DNA of 63,909 nt, the filler included, from Platydemus manokwari (taxonomy: Eukaryota): assembly GCA_037951405.1 (NCBI GenBank). It is 5 parts of 5 records of this genome, joined end to end, with 100 filler letters (N's around TTAATTAATTAA, not from the genome) between each part and the next. Parts side by side here need not be neighbours in the genome. Positions count along the whole stretch, not along the records: positions 54,910 to 63,909 come from JBBMOY011316205.1; 4 more parts are not named here. One strand, written 5' to 3'. The notes below the pieces were generated by a model. That model was given only the letters and a program-made list of their open reading frames with translations. It searched no databases and was not told the DNA's origin. Made by a program: the position numbers and the translations under genes. Of the stretch, positions 63,614 through 63,909 are shown one piece after another (within the stretch, counting starts at the first letter, position 1; the number at the start of each line of letters is the position of its first letter).

Positions 63614-63909
63614 CTGTTTGAAAGATTTAATAATATTAAATCATATAACTTATTATATTGCCCTTGTACGAAACTTTATTTATTGAGGTTTCGCAGCTTA
63701 TATTGTATTGATATTTGATAGATTTTGTGTTGCATTAACTTATAAAGTTTTTTAATATATTAAAAATTATTCTTAAAATATTTTTATTATAATAAAATAA
63801 ATTAATAATTGCTATAAAACTTTAAAAAAAATTAATATTAATCGCAAATTTTATACTACTAATGTTCTCATAATATAATATGATGGAAAATTGAACTAAA
63901 TAATTTACC

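Overview
Very AT-rich eukaryotic (animal) genomic DNA with tiny GT-AG introns (mostly 41-54 nt). It is made of five contigs joined by artificial N44-TTAATTAATTAA-N44 linkers. The compact architecture fits a reduced spiralian parasite such as an orthonectid, but this is inference only. Genes reconstructed by hand: a divergent RPB5, TRM6, an RFamide neuropeptide precursor, PPIL1 cyclophilin, an ORF with two putative SUMO/ubiquitin-like domains, a CRAL-TRIO protein, the 3' part of an SLC13 transporter, the 3' part of an intron-containing DyP peroxidase, ATP synthase subunit g, and a highly unusual alpha-tubulin. The tubulin has Val in place of the catalytic Glu254, an altered T7 loop and a ~815-aa C-terminal tail. 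Intergenic and intronic space holds transposon relics (Gypsy, hAT/Buster, piggyBac MITE, pogo, R2/NeSL, CR1/L2, Penelope, Polinton integrase). It also holds about ten decayed cadherin-like fragments and two family-B GPCR-like fragments, suggesting a dispersed, rapidly turning-over surface-receptor family. All motif calls were made by eye; the degenerate-fragment calls are tentative.
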